Shown: positions 27,394 to 47,965, counted from the first letter of the stretch. The stretch: DNA of 64,000 bases from Escherichia coli (GCF_003790525.1 NZ_CP033635.1), one strand, 5' to 3'. The notes: generated from the sequence alone by a model not told the origin. Program-made: numbers and translations.

Positions 27394-29751
27394 ATGAAAA
27401 AACGTATCCCCACTCTCCTGGCCACCATGATTGCCACCGCCCTTTATAGTCAACAGGGACTGGCAGCCGACCTCGCCTCACAGTGCATGTTGGGCGTGCC
27501 AAGCTATGACCGTCCTCTGGTACAGGGCGATACCAATGACTTACCCGTGACTATCAATGCTGACCACGCGAAAGGGGACTACCCGGATGACGCCGTGTTT
27601 ACTGGCAGCGTGGATATCATGCAGGGTAACAGCCGTCTGCAGGCCGACGAAGTGCAGCTCCATCAAAAAGAGGCACCAGGACAACCGGAGCCGGTACGTA
27701 CCGTTGATGCGCTCGGTAATGTCCATTACGACGATAACCAGGTGATCCTCAAAGGGCCGAAAGGCTGGGCGAATCTGAACACCAAAGATACCAACGTCTG
27801 GGAGGGTGATTACCAGATGGTGGGTCGCCAGGGTCGCGGTAAAGCGGACCTGATGAAACAACGTGGCGAAAACCGCTATACCATTCTGGATAACGGTAGC
27901 TTTACCTCCTGTCTACCGGGTTCTGACACCTGGAGCGTGGTAGGTAGCGAAATTATTCATGACCGCGAAGAACAAGTTGCGGAGATCTGGAACGCCCGCT
28001 TTAAGGTGGGTCCGGTACCGATCTTTTATAGCCCATATTTGCAGTTGCCGGTGGGTGACAAACGTCGCTCTGGTTTCTTGATCCCGAACGCCAAGTACAC
28101 CACCACCAACTACTTTGAGTTCTACCTGCCGTATTACTGGAACATCGCGCCAAATATGGATGCCACCATCACGCCGCATTATATGCATCGTCGTGGCAAC
28201 ATTATGTGGGAAAACGAATTCCGTTATCTCACCCAGGCGGGCGCAGGCTTGATGGAACTGGACTATCTGCCTTCGGATAAAGTCTATGAAGATGAACATC
28301 CAGAAGATAGCAATTCACGCCGTTGGTTGTTCTACTGGCAACACTCCGGAGTGATGGATCAGGTTTGGCGCTTTAACATCGACTACACCAAAGTCAGCGA
28401 CCCGACCTATTTCAATGATTTTGATAATAAATATGGTTCCAGTACCGATGGCTACGCCACGCAAAAATTCAGCGTGGGCTATGCGGTGCAGAACTTTGAC
28501 GCCACGCTTTCGACTAAACAATTCCAGGTTTTTGATGATACCAGTGGCAACAGCTATGCCGCTGAACCGCAGTTAGACGTCAACTACTACCATAACGATC
28601 TCGGCCCGTTTGATACCCGTGTTTATGGTCAGGCAGTGCATTTTGTTAATACAAACAGCAATATGCCGGAGGCTACTCGCGTTCATCTGGAGCCGACGAT
28701 AAACCTGCCGTTATCTAACACCTGGGGCAGTATCAATACCGAAGCGAAGCTGCTGGCGACCCATTATCAGCAGACCAATCTCGACTGGTATAACAGCAAC
28801 CCACAAAACAATAAGCTGGCTGATTCTGTTAACCGCGTAATGCCGCAATTTAAAGTTGACGGCAAAATGGTCTTCGAACGTGATATGGAAATGCTGGCGC
28901 CGGGTTATACCCAAACGCTGGAGCCGCGCGCGCAATACCTGTATGTACCGTATCGCGATCAGAGCGACATCTATAACTACGACTCCTCCTTGCTGCAATC
29001 CGATTACTCGGGCCTGTTCCGGGACCGGACTTATGGCGGTCTTGACCGTATAGCTTCCGCGAACCAGGTCACGACCGGTATCACAACTCGCGTATATGAT
29101 GATGCAGCCGTTGAACGTTTTAATATTTCCGTTGGTCAAATCTACTATTTCACGGAGTCTCGCACTGGCGATGACAACATAACATGGGAGAATGACGACA
29201 AAACGGGCTCGCTGGTGTGGGCAGGCGATACTTACTGGCGTATCTCCGAGCGTTGGGGATTGCGTGGCGGGATTCAGTACGATACACGTCTGGATAACGT
29301 AGCGACCAGTAACTCCAGCATTGAATACCGTCGGGATGAAGACCGTCTGGTACAGCTGAATTACCGTTACGCCAGCCCGGAATATATTCAGGCTACGCTG
29401 CCTAAGTACTATTCCACAGCTGAGCAATATAAGAATGGTATTTCACAGGTAGGTGCCGTCGCCAGCTGGCCAATTGCCGATCGTTGGTCAATTGTTGGGG
29501 CCTACTATTACGACACCAATGCGAACAAGCAAGCCGACTCTATGTTAGGTGTGCAATACAGCTCCTGCTGCTATGCAATTCGCGTCGGTTACGAGCGGAA
29601 GCTGAACGGTTGGGATAACGATAAACAACATGCGGTATATGACAACGCAATCGGCTTTAACATCGAACTTCGCGGCCTGAGCTCCAACTACGGTCTGGGT
29701 ACGCAAGAGATGCTGCGTTCGAACATTCTGCCGTATCAAAACACTTTGTGA
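27394..29751 (+). CDS. lptD: LPS assembly outer membrane protein LptD
   Basis: 785-aa ORF with signal peptide [24 protein letters not shown]; upstream of surA-pdxA-rsmA. Confidence 0.97.
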   Translation: MKKRIPTLLATMIATALYSQQGLAADLASQCMLGVPSYDRPLVQGDTNDLPVTINADHAKGDYPDDAVFTGSVDIMQGNSRLQADEVQLHQKEAPGQPEPVRTVDALGNVHYDDNQVILKGPKGWANLNTKDTNVWEGDYQMVGRQGRGKADLMKQRGENRYTILDNGSFTSCLPGSDTWSVVGSEIIHDREEQVAEIWNARFKVGPVPIFYSPYLQLPVGDKRRSGFLIPNAKYTTTNYFEFYLPYYWNIAPNMDATITPHYMHRRGNIMWENEFRYLTQAGAGLMELDYLPSDKVYEDEHPEDSNSRRWLFYWQHSGVMDQVWRFNIDYTKVSDPTYFNDFDNKYGSSTDGYATQKFSVGYAVQNFDATLSTKQFQVFDDTSGNSYAAEPQLDVNYYHNDLGPFDTRVYGQAVHFVNTNSNMPEATRVHLEPTINLPLSNTWGSINTEAKLLATHYQQTNLDWYNSNPQNNKLADSVNRVMPQFKVDGKMVFERDMEMLAPGYTQTLEPRAQYLYVPYRDQSDIYNYDSSLLQSDYSGLFRDRTYGGLDRIASANQVTTGITTRVYDDAAVERFNISVGQIYYFTESRTGDDNITWENDDKTGSLVWAGDTYWRISERWGLRGGIQYDTRLDNVATSNSSIEYRRDEDRLVQLNYRYASPEYIQATLPKYYSTAEQYKNGISQVGAVASWPIADRWSIVGAYYYDTNANKQADSMLGVQYSSCCYAIRVGYERKLNGWDNDKQHAVYDNAIGFNIELRGLSSNYGLGTQEMLRSNILPYQNTL

Positions 29752-29803
29752 TTTGTTGATTTACCACGTAATCCGCAGTGCGGTTAATTGAAATGGAAAA
29801 AGT

Positions 29804-32897
<3,094 letters not shown>

Positions 32898-32899
32898 CG

Positions 32900-33277
32900 A
32901 TGATCAATTCGCCCCGAGTGTGTATTCAGGTTCAAAGCGTCTACATTGAGGCACAATCTTCACCTGATAATGAACGTTACGTTTTTGCTTATACCGTAAC
33001 CATACGCAATCTGGGGCGAGCGCCAGTGCAGTTGTTGGGGCGTTACTGGCTGATCACCAATGGCAATGGCCGTGAAACCGAAGTCCAGGGCGAAGGAGTG
33101 GTTGGCGTCCAGCCACTTATCGCGCCTGGCGAAGAGTACCAGTACACCAGCGGTGCAATCATTGAAACCCCGCTGGGCACCATGCAGGGTCACTACGAAA
33201 TGATCGATGAAAATGGCGTCCCTTTCAGCATCGACATTCCCGTATTCCGACTCGCCGTTCCCACACTCATTCATTAA
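32900..33277 (+). CDS. apaG: ApaG protein
   Basis: ORF 32846..33277; start set at [23 protein letters not shown] (125 aa). Confidence 0.93.
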   Translation: MINSPRVCIQVQSVYIEAQSSPDNERYVFAYTVTIRNLGRAPVQLLGRYWLITNGNGRETEVQGEGVVGVQPLIAPGEEYQYTSGAIIETPLGTMQGHYEMIDENGVPFSIDIPVFRLAVPTLIH

Positions 33278-33283
33278 AAGAAT

Positions 33284-34132
33284 ATGGCGACATACCTTAT
33301 TGGCGACGTTCATGGTTGTTACGATGAACTGATCGCATTGCTGCATAAAGTAGAATTTACCCCTGGGAAAGATACCCTCTGGCTGACGGGCGATCTGGTC
33401 GCGCGCGGCCCGGGTTCGCTGGATGTTCTGCGCTATGTGAAATCCTTAGGCGACAGCGTACGTCTGGTGCTGGGCAATCACGATCTGCATCTGCTGGCGG
33501 TATTTGCCGGGATCAGCCGCAATAAACCGAAAGATCGCCTGACACCGCTGCTGGAAGCGCCGGATGCCGACGAGCTGCTTAACTGGCTGCGTCGCCAGCC
33601 TTTGCTGCAAATCGACGAAGAGAAAAAGCTGGTGATGGCCCACGCCGGGATCACGCCGCAGTGGGATCTGCAGACCGCCAAAGAGTGCGCGCGCGATGTA
33701 GAAGCGGTGCTGTCGAGTGACTCCTATCCCTTCTTCCTTGATGCCATGTACGGCGATATGCCAAATAACTGGTCACCGGAATTGCGGGGGCTGGGAAGAC
33801 TGCGGTTTATCACCAACGCCTTTACCCGGATGCGTTTTTGCTTCCCGAACGGTCAACTGGATATGTACAGCAAAGAATCGCCGGAAGAGGCCCCTGCCCC
33901 ACTGAAACCGTGGTTTGCGATTCCTGGCCCCGTCGCTGAAGAATACAGCATCGCCTTTGGTCACTGGGCATCGCTGGAGGGCAAAGGTACGCCGGAAGGT
34001 ATTTACGCGCTGGATACCGGCTGCTGTTGGGGCGGGACATTAACCTGCCTGCGCTGGGAAGATAAACAGTATTTTGTCCAGCCGTCGAACCGGCATAAAG
34101 ATATGGGTGAGGGAGAGGCGGCCGCGTCTTAA
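33284..34132 (+). CDS. apaH: Bis(5'-nucleosyl)-tetraphosphatase (symmetrical), Ap4A hydrolase
   Basis: 282-aa [23 protein letters not shown]...; metallophosphatase motifs GDxHG, GDLVARG, GNHD. Confidence 0.96.
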   Translation: MATYLIGDVHGCYDELIALLHKVEFTPGKDTLWLTGDLVARGPGSLDVLRYVKSLGDSVRLVLGNHDLHLLAVFAGISRNKPKDRLTPLLEAPDADELLNWLRRQPLLQIDEEKKLVMAHAGITPQWDLQTAKECARDVEAVLSSDSYPFFLDAMYGDMPNNWSPELRGLGRLRFITNAFTRMRFCFPNGQLDMYSKESPEEAPAPLKPWFAIPGPVAEEYSIAFGHWASLEGKGTPEGIYALDTGCCWGGTLTCLRWEDKQYFVQPSNRHKDMGEGEAAAS

Positions 34133-34156
34133 CGCTTTACCATTCAGGGAGGAATA

Positions 34157-34756
34157 ATGGCTGACTATTTTGAAATACGTGCTGATTACAATCAGCACAC
34201 CATCACGGTTTATCAGGCTTACAATGATGCAATCGCTGACGTCGCCGTACGTGACGGGCGATTTGGCGCACCTTTTTCATTCAACCGCATGACCTGGATT
34301 AAACCCTCTTTTATGTGGATGATGGAGCGTAGCAACTGGGGACTGAAAAAAGATCAACAACGCATTCTCGCAATCCGAATCAAACGCACCTTCTTTGATA
34401 CATTGCTGGAACAAGCGGTGCTAACCACGCCGGAAGCCCATGTCTATCCACATGCAGGAGTTTGGGAAACGTTATTTGCGCAAGCAAATGTATATGTTCA
34501 GTGGGACCCAGAACGCAGCATAAATGGCAAAAAACTGGAGCACCGATCATTACAGCTTGGTATTTCTCGTAACTTGATCAGTCAATTTAACGAAGACGCC
34601 ATTGTTGCCATTGATGATCTGACGCCGCTGGTGCGAAAGTGTCATAACCTTTTGATAAACGGTAAAACAACACAGGCGAAATCCTTCCTGCCGCCAGAAA
34701 AAATTTATCCTGTTAGTGCAACTGCAAGAAAGGCTTGGGGAATGAAAAATTCCTGA
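34157..34756 (+). CDS. Hypothetical protein, 199 aa, soluble; strain-specific insertion appended to apaH
   Basis: ATG 24 bp after apaH stop with GGAGG 8 bp upstream; intact ORF MADYFEIRADYNQHTITVYQAYNDA...; no motif I can assign. Confidence 0.7.
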   Translation: MADYFEIRADYNQHTITVYQAYNDAIADVAVRDGRFGAPFSFNRMTWIKPSFMWMMERSNWGLKKDQQRILAIRIKRTFFDTLLEQAVLTTPEAHVYPHAGVWETLFAQANVYVQWDPERSINGKKLEHRSLQLGISRNLISQFNEDAIVAIDDLTPLVRKCHNLLINGKTTQAKSFLPPEKIYPVSATARKAWGMKNS

Positions 34757-34791
34757 GACAAATACGCGCCTATTAAGCGGAAAATATCTAA

Positions 34792-35241
34792 GTGCGACAA
34801 ATCAACGCCGGGCTTAATACCAGAGAAATTATTCTGGAAATGATTGACGAAGCAGATGAACCCCCGTTTGCTGAGCAGCGAACCTGGCATCGCAGGCGAA
34901 TCGCTTTTCTTTGTGAGTGCATCAGCGTTGCTGTCGACTACGGCTTCTTCTGTTCTGTCTCTCAGCAGTCAATAATGAACATAACCAGGATGGCTGAAGA
35001 TGTATGGATAACAGAAAGTAAAACGACCCAACTCATTGATATCTGGCAGCAACTTAAGCAGCTTTATCCGCCAGAAACTATTCCCTATACCCAGCAGTTA
35101 CCCGCTAAAGAATTGCTTGAACTGCTACTTTCCAGTCCTGACGATCTTCGAATAATTGAAATCCCTGACATCATCGGCGATGTTTTTGATGACCAAACCT
35201 GGATTCGATTATTCAAAAAACACTTTGCTGATGTTATCTAA
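34792..35241 (+). CDS. Hypothetical protein, ~133-149 aa, acidic; second gene of the apaH-folA insertion
   Basis: ORF from GTG 34792 (alternative ATG at 34840, MIDEADEPPFAEQ...); 35 bp after upstream ORF, same strand; start uncertain. Confidence 0.6.
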   Translation: MRQINAGLNTREIILEMIDEADEPPFAEQRTWHRRRIAFLCECISVAVDYGFFCSVSQQSIMNITRMAEDVWITESKTTQLIDIWQQLKQLYPPETIPYTQQLPAKELLELLLSSPDDLRIIEIPDIIGDVFDDQTWIRLFKKHFADVI

Positions 35242-35557
35242 CTACGATGTGATGTGTAACAATCTAAAATACATCGCCAGACGACAGACCAAAAAGAAAG
35301 TATTTAGCAGATACTCAACATTCTGACTTCTGTACAGAAATAGCAGAGTTTAAAAACTTAAAATTTCCGGTACTCATCAGAGAAACATCCTGTTTCTTCT
35401 GCAAGTTCATTTAATGCCGAGATGGCATCCTCGTTTACTTCAGTCCACTGTAGAGTGGCTTGAGGGTTTAGACCTACGCAATGAGCGCGACTCACAAAAT
35501 CGCGCTCACTGGTAAAATCAGACGTCTTATCGTTCAATTTGTAGTCATAGCAAAAAC

Positions 35558-38083
<2,526 letters not shown>

Positions 38084-38091
<8 letters not shown>

Positions 38092-38614
38092 GATGTGCCT
38101 CCTGCCATTCCAGCAGACGTTGCTTATAGTGACGCGCCTGTCCTTCGAGGGTTTCGTCGTCACAAATAAAGGTGCAGTGCATGGCAAACGGTGGCAGCCA
38201 GTTCAGCCCGCAGTAGATTGCCGTCGCCTGTAGCGGCTGCGACAGCACATCAAAGCCCGGATGCGCACCAATCTCAAAATGGCTTTCCCCACCGCCGGTC
38301 GTCACCGCCCACAGCAAATGTTTGCCATGCAGCGCCGTGCCGCCGTGACCGTAAGCCCAGCCGTGCGAGAAGACTTTATCGATCCAAAGTTTGAGGAGCG
38401 GTGGAATGCTGTACCACTGCATCGGGTGCTGCCAGACGATCAGATCGGCGCGAGACAGCGCCTCCTGCTCGGCGGCAATATCGATATTGAAGTCAGGATA
38501 GAGTTGATAAAGAGAGCGAATTTCGACGCCTTCCAGCGTCCTTGCCTGTTCAAGCATCCGTTTATTCGCATGGGAATGATGCGGATACGGATGCGCATAA
38601 ATTATAAGAATCAT
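38084..38614 (-). CDS. kefF: KefC ancillary protein / quinone oxidoreductase KefF
   Basis: 176-aa [26 protein letters not shown]...; 8-nt overlap with kefC start. Confidence 0.95.
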
Positions 38615-38721
38615 AGGTAGCCCGCGTGATTACGCCTTTGTTTTCCCACAAAGTGTAGTCATATATTCACGCGGCTTATAGTCAATAATATTGATTCAGA
38701 AAAGAGAGAAATCTGAACAAA

Positions 38722-40053
38722 TTACCCCATTCTCTGCCCGCGGATCGTCATATTGCTGGTCTGCGCCAGTGACATCCCTCGAGTCTCCGGAGCAAACGCT
38801 ACGGAAATCAACAAGCCAAATAGCGAGATACCCGCCCCCATCAGCATGGTGCTACTGATGCCGTAATTATTGATAAAGATTGGCAGTGCCCAGGTCGAAA
38901 CAATGGTGCCAATACGGCTTAAGGACATAATCACGCCCACGGCAGAGGCGCGGATATCCGTCGGGAAGAGTTCATTAGGATAGAGCCACTGCAAATTACC
39001 CGGCCCGCCAGAGAAAAAGGCATACACCGCAAATGCCATCACTACCAGCCAGATCCCCATATCCGGGATCAGCCCCAAAACCGCCAGCGCCAGCGTCATC
39101 ATGGCAAAACTGCCAATCAACAATGGACGCCGTCCGGCGGTGTTTAACCACAGCATCGGCGGAATACAGCCAAGCATAAAGAACAGGCTAATCACCACAT
39201 TCCCCAACGCCGCGTTTTTGCCAACTCCCAATCCCAACAAACCAACGATTTGCGGGCCAAAGGTGTAAATGGCGAACATGGGGATCACCTGGCAGGTCCA
39301 GATGGCGGCAACAAACAGAACAAAAGGAAAATGGCGGCGATTAAACAGATCGCGAAAACGGGTTTGCTGCGGCTGCTCTTCATCGAAAGCCACCGGTTCG
39401 CCAAACAGTTTTATCATCATCTCTTCGCACTCTTTTACTCGCCCTTTGCGTAACAACCAGCGGGGAGATTCAGGCAGTTCGAATCGACCAATCAAAATCA
39501 ACAAACAGGGGATCGCTGCGCTACCCAGCATCCAGCGCCAACCACCTTCCACATCATAAAGCCAGTAACCGACCAGATCGGCGCAGGTCGCGCCGACATA
39601 CCACATCGCGGCAATAAAGCTGATGGAAAACGCCCGCTGACGGGTACTGGAGAACTCGGTGATCATTGAGGTGGCGATGGGATAATCCGCACCGATGACA
39701 ATGCCGATAAGTACCCGCATCACCAACAGTTCGACGGGGGATGAGACAAACATCGTCGCCACAGATATCACGCCGATGGCGATGATATCAATGAGGAACA
39801 TTTTGCGCCGTCCGACTTTATCGGAGATATAGCCAAACAGCGATGTGCCAACGAACAGCCCGGCGAGCGTTCCCGCGCCCAGCAAGCCAATCCAGTCAGC
39901 GTCCAGTTTCAGCGCCGGAGTCAGTTGCTCCAGCGCCACGCCAATCATTACCAGTACATAACCATCCAGAAACGGACCACCGCTTCCCCACAGCAAAATG
40001 CGGCGGTGAATAGAGGAGAATTTAAGATCGTCAAAGTTTCTGGACGGTTGCAT
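38722..40053 (-). CDS. yaaU: MFS transporter YaaU
   Basis: 443-aa polytopic ORF MQPSRNFDDLKFSSIHRRILLWGSGGPFLDGYV... Confidence 0.93.
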   Translation of the reverse strand: MQPSRNFDDLKFSSIHRRILLWGSGGPFLDGYVLVMIGVALEQLTPALKLDADWIGLLGAGTLAGLFVGTSLFGYISDKVGRRKMFLIDIIAIGVISVATMFVSSPVELLVMRVLIGIVIGADYPIATSMITEFSSTRQRAFSISFIAAMWYVGATCADLVGYWLYDVEGGWRWMLGSAAIPCLLILIGRFELPESPRWLLRKGRVKECEEMMIKLFGEPVAFDEEQPQQTRFRDLFNRRHFPFVLFVAAIWTCQVIPMFAIYTFGPQIVGLLGLGVGKNAALGNVVISLFFMLGCIPPMLWLNTAGRRPLLIGSFAMMTLALAVLGLIPDMGIWLVVMAFAVYAFFSGGPGNLQWLYPNELFPTDIRASAVGVIMSLSRIGTIVSTWALPIFINNYGISSTMLMGAGISLFGLLISVAFAPETRGMSLAQTSNMTIRGQRMG

Positions 40054-40111
40054 GGGTTATTCCTGTTTTTTTGCAATGAGAGTCAGTACGGCGTTACGTA
40101 TCAAACCAACA

Positions 40112-40399
40112 TCAGCCGTAACGGAACTCCACACCAAAGGTGCCGCGCGGGTATTCCCACTGTTCCAGCGCCGACCCCAGCCCCAGAATGCGACAGGTGC
40201 CGCACTCCAGACATCCGGCGTAATCGAAGCGCACACTGCCGTCATCCTGCTTCTTGTACAGACCTGCGGGGCACGCTTTCACCAGCAGCTCCAGCGCCTG
40301 TTTATCGGCATCGGCCTTCACAACAATGTGCGGATGCTCTTCATCGACATTGAATTTATTGACGCCCAGTTTGACGTCCACATTGACGGGAGAAGTCAT
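40112..40399 (-). CDS. fixX: Ferredoxin-like protein FixX
   Basis: 95-aa ORF with Cys cluster; last gene of fixABCX. Confidence 0.93.
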   Translation of the reverse strand: MTSPVNVDVKLGVNKFNVDEEHPHIVVKADADKQALELLVKACPAGLYKKQDDGSVRFDYAGCLECGTCRILGLGSALEQWEYPRGTFGVEFRYG

Positions 40400-41682
40400 A
40401 AAACGGTCACTCCTTTCATGCCATCCTTGATCAGATTGATGAAGCCCACTTTCTTGCCGTGGCGGAGGATTTTCTTGCGCATCAGTTCCGGCGCACTGCC
40501 GTCAATGGTGAACAGGTCACGCGCCACGCCCACCGCCAGTTCCGGGTAGCCGTTAAACATGCGTGGGTTATCAAGGAACGCCGGTAGTTTCTGGTACATG
40601 CGCATATCGCGCAGCGGGCCACTCTCAAGATGCTGACGATATTCCGCGAGTTTTTGCTTACTGAAATCGTCGCTTTTCATCGCTGAAAGCACAGTTTTTG
40701 CTGCTGCTTCCCCGGCGGCAATCGCCAGATCCATACCGCGAATGGTAAAACCGAGGTTCATACACATTCCGGCGGCATCACCGGCAATCAGTACGCCGTC
40801 ACCAACCAACTCCGGCAGCATGTTGATGCCTGCTTCCGGCACTACGTGAGCGGAATATTCCACCAGCTTGCCGCCTGCGATCAGCGGTGCAACGGCCGGA
40901 TGTTGTTTGAAATCTTCCAGCATTTGCGGCACCGATTTTTTTGCGTCATGCAGATGATGCAAACCACAAACCAGCCCCAGCGACAGGGTATTTTCATTGG
41001 TATAAAGGAAGCCACCGCCCATCAGGCCATCGGTGGGTGATCCCGCAAACAGGCAAGCCGCGCCCTGATTACCCTGCAACTGAAAACGGTCTTCGATAAC
41101 CGACTTCGGTAACTCGATCAGTTCCTTCACGCCAACCGCCACATCCGTCGGTTTAACGCGTTTTGCCATCCCCAGCTTTTCGGCAAGGATGGAATTCACC
41201 CCATCAGCAAGGATCACCGTTTTCGCTTCAATCACATCGCCATCAGCTTCTACGCCGACAACTTTGCCATCGCGCTGTACGAGGTTATCGACGCGGATCC
41301 CGGTAATTAACTGCGCGTCCGCTTCTTCGGCCTGCTCCATCAGCCAGGCATCAAATTTACTGCGCAAAACGGAGTAAGAACGCTGGGATGGCGAGGTTTC
41401 GTCGCCATTGCAGTAGTCCATAGTCATCGCTGACTTTTCCGTCATAAACGCGAGTTTTTCATGGGTGATCAGGCGTTCTACGGGGGCGGAGTCAGCGAAA
41501 CCAGGAATAATGTGTTCCAGACTGTGGGCATAGAGACGCCCGCCGGTGACGTTCTTGGCACCTGCGGAATTGCCTCGCTCGATAACTAACACTTGCGCAC
41601 CTTCGCGGGCGAGCACCAGTGCGGCAACCGAACCGGCAAGCCCTGCACCGACGATGATGGCGTCAAAGATATCTTCGGACAT
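40396..41682 (-). CDS. fixC: Electron-transfer flavoprotein-quinone oxidoreductase FixC
   Basis: 428-aa ORF MSEDIFDAIIVGAGLAGSVAALVLA (FAD-binding GxGxxG). Confidence 0.95.
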   Translation of the reverse strand: MSEDIFDAIIVGAGLAGSVAALVLAREGAQVLVIERGNSAGAKNVTGGRLYAHSLEHIIPGFADSAPVERLITHEKLAFMTEKSAMTMDYCNGDETSPSQRSYSVLRSKFDAWLMEQAEEADAQLITGIRVDNLVQRDGKVVGVEADGDVIEAKTVILADGVNSILAEKLGMAKRVKPTDVAVGVKELIELPKSVIEDRFQLQGNQGAACLFAGSPTDGLMGGGFLYTNENTLSLGLVCGLHHLHDAKKSVPQMLEDFKQHPAVAPLIAGGKLVEYSAHVVPEAGINMLPELVGDGVLIAGDAAGMCMNLGFTIRGMDLAIAAGEAAAKTVLSAMKSDDFSKQKLAEYRQHLESGPLRDMRMYQKLPAFLDNPRMFNGYPELAVGVARDLFTIDGSAPELMRKKILRHGKKVGFINLIKDGMKGVTVL

Positions 41683-41732
41683 AAGAGCTCCCTGTCAGCG
41701 GCAGGGCCAAAATGCAGCCCTGCCAGAGTGGA

Positions 41733-42674
41733 TCAACGCGCTAAAGCTGCGGTCAGTGCCGGAAGGATTTTCACGGCGTCGCCAACAATGCCGTAATCCG
41801 CGTACTGGAAGATCGGCGCATTTTTATCTTTGTTGATGGCGAAAATGGTTTGCGACGCATTAGCGCCAACCATGTGCTGGATCTGCCCGGAGATCCCCAC
41901 CGCCAGGTACAGTTCAGGTTTCAGCATCAGGTTGGAGATACCGACATAGCGTTCGTGCTCCATCCATTTTTCGTTTTCCGCCACCGGACGAGAACAGGCC
42001 AGCTCCGCACCTATCGCCTTACAAAGCTGTTCTGCCAGCGCAATGTTCTCTTTGCTGCCAATACCGCGACCGACGCTGACCACCAGTCGGGCTTTGTCGA
42101 GATCGACGCTGTTGCTCTGACGCGCCTGGGTTGCCGTGCGGGTAATCGCCACAGCCGGAGCCTGCCACTCCACGGTGTGCGTTTCGCCAGTGCGTGACGC
42201 GTCTGGCTGAGCCGCATCGAACGTGCCGCTGCTGATGGTCAGTACCGCATACGGCGTGGCAATGCGTTCTTCGCCAATCGCCAGACCGCCGTAAACCATG
42301 TGTTTCACTGTCGCTTTACCGTCCTGTACGCTGACGGTGCTGGCATCGTTAGACACCGCCGCTTTAAGGCGATAACCCAGTTTTGCCGCCAGTAATTTGC
42401 CGCGACGGGTGTTTGGCAACAGCACCAGACCGTCTGCGCCGTGCTGGCGAATAGTGTCAGCCATGACACCGGCGTAATCTTCGATCATCCGCTCGTCCGG
42501 TTTGCCGCTTAATTTCCAGACATGATTAGCGCCGAGCTGGATTGCCTGTGCGCCGTCGGCATCATTGAGGACAAAAGTGTTGATTTGATTAGCTAAAGCC
42601 TGCGCACCGTTCATCAGTTCCGGCAGACGAGAAGGGGTATCGCTGAATACCCAGACTTGAGAAAACGTGTTCAT
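41733..42674 (-). CDS. fixB: Electron transfer flavoprotein alpha-like subunit FixB
   Basis: 313-aa [28 protein letters not shown]... Confidence 0.95.
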   Translation of the reverse strand: MNTFSQVWVFSDTPSRLPELMNGAQALANQINTFVLNDADGAQAIQLGANHVWKLSGKPDERMIEDYAGVMADTIRQHGADGLVLLPNTRRGKLLAAKLGYRLKAAVSNDASTVSVQDGKATVKHMVYGGLAIGEERIATPYAVLTISSGTFDAAQPDASRTGETHTVEWQAPAVAITRTATQARQSNSVDLDKARLVVSVGRGIGSKENIALAEQLCKAIGAELACSRPVAENEKWMEHERYVGISNLMLKPELYLAVGISGQIQHMVGANASQTIFAINKDKNAPIFQYADYGIVGDAVKILPALTAALAR

Positions 42675-42688
42675 AGCATCCCCTGTAA

Positions 42689-43459
42689 TTAAATGACTTT
42701 GCGAAGATTTTCAGCAAATGCGGCGATCTGTTCTTCGCCGTCGCCTTCAATCACGATGCGCTGACGCTCGCGCTGTTTCGGCGCGGCAACCTGTTGTTCT
42801 GACCAGGCTGCCTCTGCGTTAAAACCGATATCCGCCGCCGACCATACCTGGACTGGCTTTTTCGCCGCGCCGAGAATGGCTTTCATCGAAGGAATTTGTG
42901 GGGAGTTGATATCAGTGGAAACAGCAACAACCGCAGGCAGCGGAATGCTTAAGGTTTCGGTTTCATCTTCCAGTTCGCGCTCAACGGTGAGGGTATCTGC
43001 CGTCAGGGAGATAATTTTGCTGACGCCGTTAACTGCCGGAATATTGAGGATTTCGCCTACCAGCAAACCAACCTGCTGGGCATAAAGGTCGGAAGAACCA
43101 TCGCCACAGAGGATCAAATCAAAGCCTGCTTTCTGGGCGGCGGCAGCCAGTGCGCTCGCCGTTTGTTGCGGCAGTGCCTGCTCGAACTGGTCATCAATCA
43201 CCACAATCAGTTCATCCGGACCGCGCGATAGCACATCTTTACGCCCTTTGGCGTTGGTCAGGGCTTTTCCGCCCACACTTAAGGCCGTCACCTGCCCCTC
43301 TGCTGCCTGTTGCTTTAGCTGGCAAGCCGCTTCAATAGCGTTGAGATCGTATTGGCTTATTTTGGCATCGGCTTTACTGAAGTCTAACGAACCATCAGCA
43401 TTATTGACCGCAATATCCTGTTCATCAGGCACGCACTTATAGCAAGTAATAATCTTCAT
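42689..43459 (-). CDS. fixA: Electron transfer flavoprotein beta-like subunit FixA
   Basis: ORF 42689..43522; start set at [20 protein letters not shown] (256 aa). Confidence 0.93.
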   Translation of the reverse strand: MKIITCYKCVPDEQDIAVNNADGSLDFSKADAKISQYDLNAIEAACQLKQQAAEGQVTALSVGGKALTNAKGRKDVLSRGPDELIVVIDDQFEQALPQQTASALAAAAQKAGFDLILCGDGSSDLYAQQVGLLVGEILNIPAVNGVSKIISLTADTLTVERELEDETETLSIPLPAVVAVSTDINSPQIPSMKAILGAAKKPVQVWSAADIGFNAEAAWSEQQVAAPKQRERQRIVIEGDGEEQIAAFAENLRKVI

Positions 43460-45446
<1,987 letters not shown>

Positions 45447-45476
45447 TTAACCCCCAAAATATCAAGAGGTTGAAAG

Positions 45477-46619
45477 ATGGATTTTAATTTAAATGATGAG
45501 CAGGAACTGTTTGTCGCCGGTATCCGCGAACTGATGGCCAGCGAAAACTGGGAGGCCTATTTTGCCGAGTGCGACCGTGACAGCGTCTACCCGGAACGTT
45601 TTGTCAAAGCACTGGCGGATATGGGTATCGACAGTCTGCTGATCCCTGAAGAGCACGGTGGTCTGGACGCGGGGTTTGTTACTCTCGCCGCCGTGTGGAT
45701 GGAGCTGGGACGTCTGGGGGCACCAACCTATGTGCTGTACCAGTTGCCGGGCGGGTTCAATACCTTCCTGCGCGAAGGCACACAAGAGCAGATCGACAAG
45801 ATTATGGCTTTCCGCGGCACCGGTAAGCAGATGTGGAACTCAGCGATTACCGAACCGGGTGCGGGCTCCGACGTGGGTAGCCTGAAAACGACTTATACCC
45901 GTAGAAATGGTAAGATTTATCTTAATGGTAGTAAGTGTTTTATTACCAGTAGCGCCTACACCCCGTACATCGTGGTGATGGCGCGCGACGGGGCTTCTCC
46001 GGACAAACCTGTCTACACCGAATGGTTTGTTGATATGAGCAAACCGGGCATCAAAGTGACCAAACTTGAAAAGCTCGGTCTGCGTATGGATAGCTGCTGT
46101 GAAATCACTTTTGACGACGTGGAACTGGACGAGAAAGACATGTTCGGTCGGGAAGGTAACGGCTTTAACCGCGTCAAAGAAGAGTTCGACCATGAACGTT
46201 TCCTGGTAGCCCTGACCAACTACGGTACGGCGATGTGCGCCTTTGAAGATGCGGCGCGCTACGCCAACCAGCGTGTGCAGTTTGGCGAGGCTATTGGTCG
46301 TTTCCAGTTGATTCAGGAAAAATTCGCCCACATGGCGATCAAATTAAACTCCATGAAAAACATGCTGTATGAAGCAGCGTGGAAAGCAGACAACGGCACC
46401 ATCACCTCTGGCGATGCAGCGATGTGCAAATACTTCTGCGCCAATGCGGCATTTGAAGTGGTGGATAGCGCAATGCAGGTGCTGGGCGGTGTCGGGATTG
46501 CGGGCAACCACCGCATCAGCCGCTTCTGGCGTGACCTGCGTGTAGACCGCGTTTCCGGAGGATCTGACGAAATGCAGATCCTGACGCTGGGTCGCGCGGT
46601 GCTGAAGCAATACCGCTAA
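45477..46619 (+). CDS. caiA: Crotonobetainyl-CoA reductase (acyl-CoA dehydrogenase family)
   Basis: 380-aa [24 protein letters not shown]... Confidence 0.97.
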
Positions 46620-46629
46620 GTCCGTGCGC

Positions 46630-46712
46630 TGCCTGATGCGACGCTGACGCGTCTTATCAGACCTACGGGAGCACGAATGTAGGCCGGATAAAGCGTTTAC
46701 GCCGCATCCGGC
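46630..46712. repeat. REP elements between caiA and caiB
   Basis: gcctgatgcgacgctgacgcgtcttatcag ... gtaggccggataaagcgtttacgccgcatccggca. Confidence 0.8.
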
Positions 46713-46729
46713 AGTCATTCGCTACATAA

Positions 46730-47965
<1,236 letters not shown>

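Noticed and set aside
35370-35540. Short minus-strand ORF (~59 codons) downstream of folA
   Set aside because: No ATG start, weak RBS context and begins inside the folA 3' end; kept only as a low-interest note.
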